Shown piece by piece: positions 61,065 through 64,000 of a stretch of 64,000 bases of DNA. Source of the stretch: Alphaproteobacteria bacterium. Its GTDB lineage: Bacteria; Pseudomonadota; Alphaproteobacteria; Bin95. Below the pieces are notes generated by a model that was not told the origin of the DNA, did not search any database, and worked only from the letters and a program-made list of their open reading frames with translations. The position numbers and the translations under genes are program-made. The number at the start of each line of letters is the position of its first letter. Position 1 is the stretch's first letter. The stretch lies in assembly GCA_964291285.2 (NCBI GenBank), contig OZ219785.1, forward strand, positions 32,001 through 96,000, written 5' to 3'.

Positions 61065-63003
61065 GAGGCGTGTGCGCTGTTTGGAAGTTCTTTCTGAGCA
61101 AGGTATTGCGGAGGGTCTGGATTTTTCTTACCCCGTCAGGATGGCTGATTTCCGGGGTTTTTGCGGTTTGGAGGGAAAGGTTTTGTGGATTTCCACCCCA
61201 TGGCCGTGCGCGGGCTGGTTTTCGGGCGCGTCGCGTTGAGGCGCGGGACTGAGTAGAAGGTGTCGCCATCGGGCCTGCGGCCCTTGTTCCATCCACCGGT
61301 GCTGGTTGGGAGAACGTGATGGCGACAGCGGAGAAGTTACCGTTTTCGTGGCGGTCTGTCGAAGGTCTTCCGGATCTTGCGCGGTTGCGTGTGATGCTGG
61401 AGGTGCTTCCGGACGAGGAGGTTGTGGCAGCGCTTGAGGCGGGTCGCGGTCGCGGGCGGAACGACTATCCGGTGCGGGCGATGTGGCGTGCGTTGATCGC
61501 GGGGATCGTGTTCCAGCACGCCTCGATGCAGTCGCTTCTGCGGGAGCTGGGCCGCAACCCGGCATTGCTTGAGATTTGCGGTTTCGAGGCGCTGCCCTTG
61601 CAGGGCGCGCCGGTGGTGGCGCTTTGCGCGGGGCGGGTGGTGAGGTATCCGGCGCCGTTGCGCTCGACGGTGCCGGGCGCCTGGAACTTCTCGCGGTTCC
61701 TGGGGCGCGTGGTGCGCCTTGAGGACGAGCGCGGCCTTGTGTCGGGGATGATCGGGCGCCTGCGCGCGTCGTTGTTCGAGGAACTGCCGGACTTCGGCCG
61801 CCATCTCGGCTACGACGGCAAGGCGGTCGGGAGCCATTCGACGGGCCGGATTGCCGGTGACAGGGGGAAGACCTCGGACCCCGATGCGGATTGGGGCAAG
61901 CACGAGACGGGCGGGGTGAACGCGAAGACCGGCGCGGTGTGGAAGAAGGTGAAGTCGTGGTTCGGCTACGGGCTGCACCTGATCGCCGACACGGACCACG
62001 AGGTTCCTGTGGCCTTCGAGGTGACGCGGGCGTCGGCATCGGAACCCGGGGTGCTGTCCGGGATGCTGGAGGAGTTGTTCGCCGGGGCGCCGGAGATGGC
62101 CGGTCGCTGCGCCGATTTCAGCGCCGACCGCGGTCTCGACAACGCCCGCCTGAAGGCGCGGCTGTGGGACAGGTGGCATATCCGCCCGCTGATCGACACG
62201 CGCCTGATGTGGCGGGCGGAGAAGAAGGAGCCGGGCCATGACCCGGCCCGGCCGATCACGCGACCGCTGTTCCCCGGGCGCGCCGACGTCATCGTTCATG
62301 ACGAACGCGGCCGGGTGTCCTGCGTGTGCCCGCAGACCGGCGAGGTCCGCGCCATGGCCTTCCAGGGGTTCGAGGCCGGGCGCGGCGTCTGCGGCACGCT
62401 CAAATACCGCTGCCCCGCAGCCGCCTTCGGCTTCGAGTGCAAGGGACGCCGGGCCTGCCATCGGGCGGGTGGGGTGAAGTCCGGCGAATACGGCCGCATC
62501 CTGCGCGTCGACCTCGACAGCCATGACCGGCGTATCTTCACGCCCACGCCCTGGGGCAGCCCGTCATGGCGGCGCGGATACAACCGGCGCACCGCCATGG
62601 AGCGGATCAACGCCCGCCTCGACCGCAGCTTCAACTTCGAGACCCATTACATCCGCGGACGCGCGAAGATGAAGACCCGCATCGGGCTGGCCCTGGCGGT
62701 CATGATGGCCATGGCGCTTGCACAGGCCCGCGCCGGACGCGTCGCACGCATGCGCTCCCTGGTCGGCCCGGCGCCATACCTCGATACCGGCTGACCCCTC
62801 AGCCGACTGCCGACAACGCTGACCCAACCCGCCGGACCCCGGCATACGGACACCCGCGACCGAAGGCCGGCGATGCTGCCGGGCTGGGCCGCTCAAGTTC
62901 GAAAATCAACCGCGGCGACCGCCTCGAACGCCGGAACAAACAACATCACCACCCGGACCCAACGTCCCATCCGACCGGAAAAACCCCACAGCGCAAATTT
63001 CTC
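61065..63003 (+). mobile_element. insertion sequence (IS1182-like DDE), 1939 bp
   Basis: Imperfect IRs gaggcgtgtgcgctgt / acagcgcaaatttctc. 6-bp duplication AGTGGT at 61059-64 and 63004-09. Confidence 0.85.
61316..62794 (+). CDS. DDE transposase
   Basis: GRNDYP, YDGK, DPDADWG, FGYGLHL, ADRGLD, YNRRTAMERIN. Confidence 0.9.
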   Translation: MMATAEKLPFSWRSVEGLPDLARLRVMLEVLPDEEVVAALEAGRGRGRNDYPVRAMWRALIAGIVFQHASMQSLLRELGRNPALLEICGFEALPLQGAPVVALCAGRVVRYPAPLRSTVPGAWNFSRFLGRVVRLEDERGLVSGMIGRLRASLFEELPDFGRHLGYDGKAVGSHSTGRIAGDRGKTSDPDADWGKHETGGVNAKTGAVWKKVKSWFGYGLHLIADTDHEVPVAFEVTRASASEPGVLSGMLEELFAGAPEMAGRCADFSADRGLDNARLKARLWDRWHIRPLIDTRLMWRAEKKEPGHDPARPITRPLFPGRADVIVHDERGRVSCVCPQTGEVRAMAFQGFEAGRGVCGTLKYRCPAAAFGFECKGRRACHRAGGVKSGEYGRILRVDLDSHDRRIFTPTPWGSPSWRRGYNRRTAMERINARLDRSFNFETHYIRGRAKMKTRIGLALAVMMAMALAQARAGRVARMRSLVGPAPYLDTG

Positions 63004-63072
63004 AGTGGTTGACCCTACCAACATAACCTGATTACATCCGACTCACCGTGACACATACCTCAGCAGTCGATG

Positions 63073-63854
63073 CTAGGTCCTGTGGACGGATTTGATCAAG
63101 ATGAAGGCAGCGGCGAGTGCGACGAAGGAGCTGAAGTTTGTGGCGGTCTTTTCGCAGCGCAGGGCGATGCGTTTGAAGCGTTTGAGCTTGCCGACGGCCT
63201 GTTCGATGCGCGCCCGTCCTCTGTAGAGCGCGCTTGCGAAGCGCTTTGGCCTGTTTTTGATGTTCTTCCGGTAGGGAATGACGGTCAGGGCGCCTCTTTT
63301 CCGGGCGAGTTGGCGGTTTCCGGCGCTGTCATAGCCCTTGTCGGCGACGATGGCGCGGGGCCGGACATCGGGGCCGATGTCCATCAGGGTCTCGAAATGC
63401 GGACTGTCGGCTGCCTCGCCGCCGGTTAGGTCGAAGGCGATCGGCAGGCCGTCGAAATCGGTCTTCAGGTGGATTTTGGTGCTGAAACCGCCCCGCGAGC
63501 GTCCAAGCGCCTGACCCTGCTGCCCCCTTTTGCGCCGGCCGCCGATACATGCGCGCGGGTCACGGTCGAATCGAACATCTGAACCAGGTGCGCCGTGCTG
63601 CTCAAATCCGCCAGCGTGGCGAAAAAGTCCTCGAACACCCCTGAACGGCTCAGACGGTGAAAACGCCGCCATACCGTATTCCAGTGCCCGAACCGCTCCG
63701 GCAGCGCCCGCCAGGTGATGTTGTGAACCGCAAAGAAGTGCAGCGCCTCCAGAAACAGACGGTCGTCCTTCGCCTTCGCACCCCGCCTCGGAAGGCAAAG
63801 CCGGAAAACCTCCAGCGCAACCTCCCAGTCTCCATTCGTCATCTTCGTCGACAT
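63073..63854 (-). CDS. IS5-family transposase (frameshifted two-ORF)
   Basis: Same translated ORFs as copy 1. Confidence 0.88.
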
Positions 63855-63949
63855 CAAAGAAACCCCCGAATCGCCGACGCCTCATGATTCAGACAAATCC
63901 TCGCACGGGAATCCCTGAACACGCTCCTGAGTCAATACGTCCACAGGGC
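63077..63949 (-). mobile_element. IS5-family element, copy 2 (inverted relative to copy 1)
   Basis: Same IRs, length and CTAG flanks as 34542-35414; only two substitutions noticed. Confidence 0.93.
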
Positions 63950-64000
63950 CTAGGGCCGATACGCCTAACTGGCGTTGACCAGCTTCGATTATGGCGGGGA

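Overview
GC-rich alphaproteobacterial chromosome segment (two-piece tmRNA, SspB, DUF1849/EipB). The RiPP type suggests a marine sponge symbiont, but that is inference. 1-7.8 kb is housekeeping: an MFS pseudogene, a CobW GTPase, a Tat-exported cyclase-family gene split by an IS1595 element, class I fumarase, sspB, ssrA and eipB. 8.0-20.1 kb is a proteusin (NHLP-leader) RiPP cluster with core LCCCW, a YcaO cyclodehydratase, an MMPL transporter, a prenyltransferase-like protein, an NHLP-fused terpene-cyclase-like protein, an AlkB-GlnE fusion and a 5'-truncated ABC exporter. 20.1-53.8 kb is a decaying F-type (MOBF) conjugative element with three tandem integrases, a Slam/lipoprotein/porin cassette, IS debris and half of a tra operon. 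It holds two directly repeated MOBF oriT/nic-like sites (20120-20146 and 31191-31217). The left one lies at the point where the RiPP exporter is cut, which suggests relaxase-mediated joining. A complete group II intron (53827-56046) has unrelated flanks: tra region on one side, a decapitated ABC gene on the other. 56-64 kb holds ABC/cNMP/methyltransferase genes with REP-like repeats, a candidate structured RNA upstream of an IS630-like HTH and a DUF433 fragment, and two IS elements. No CRISPR array, rRNA or standard tRNA was seen. All family calls come from motif recognition by eye; no searches were run.
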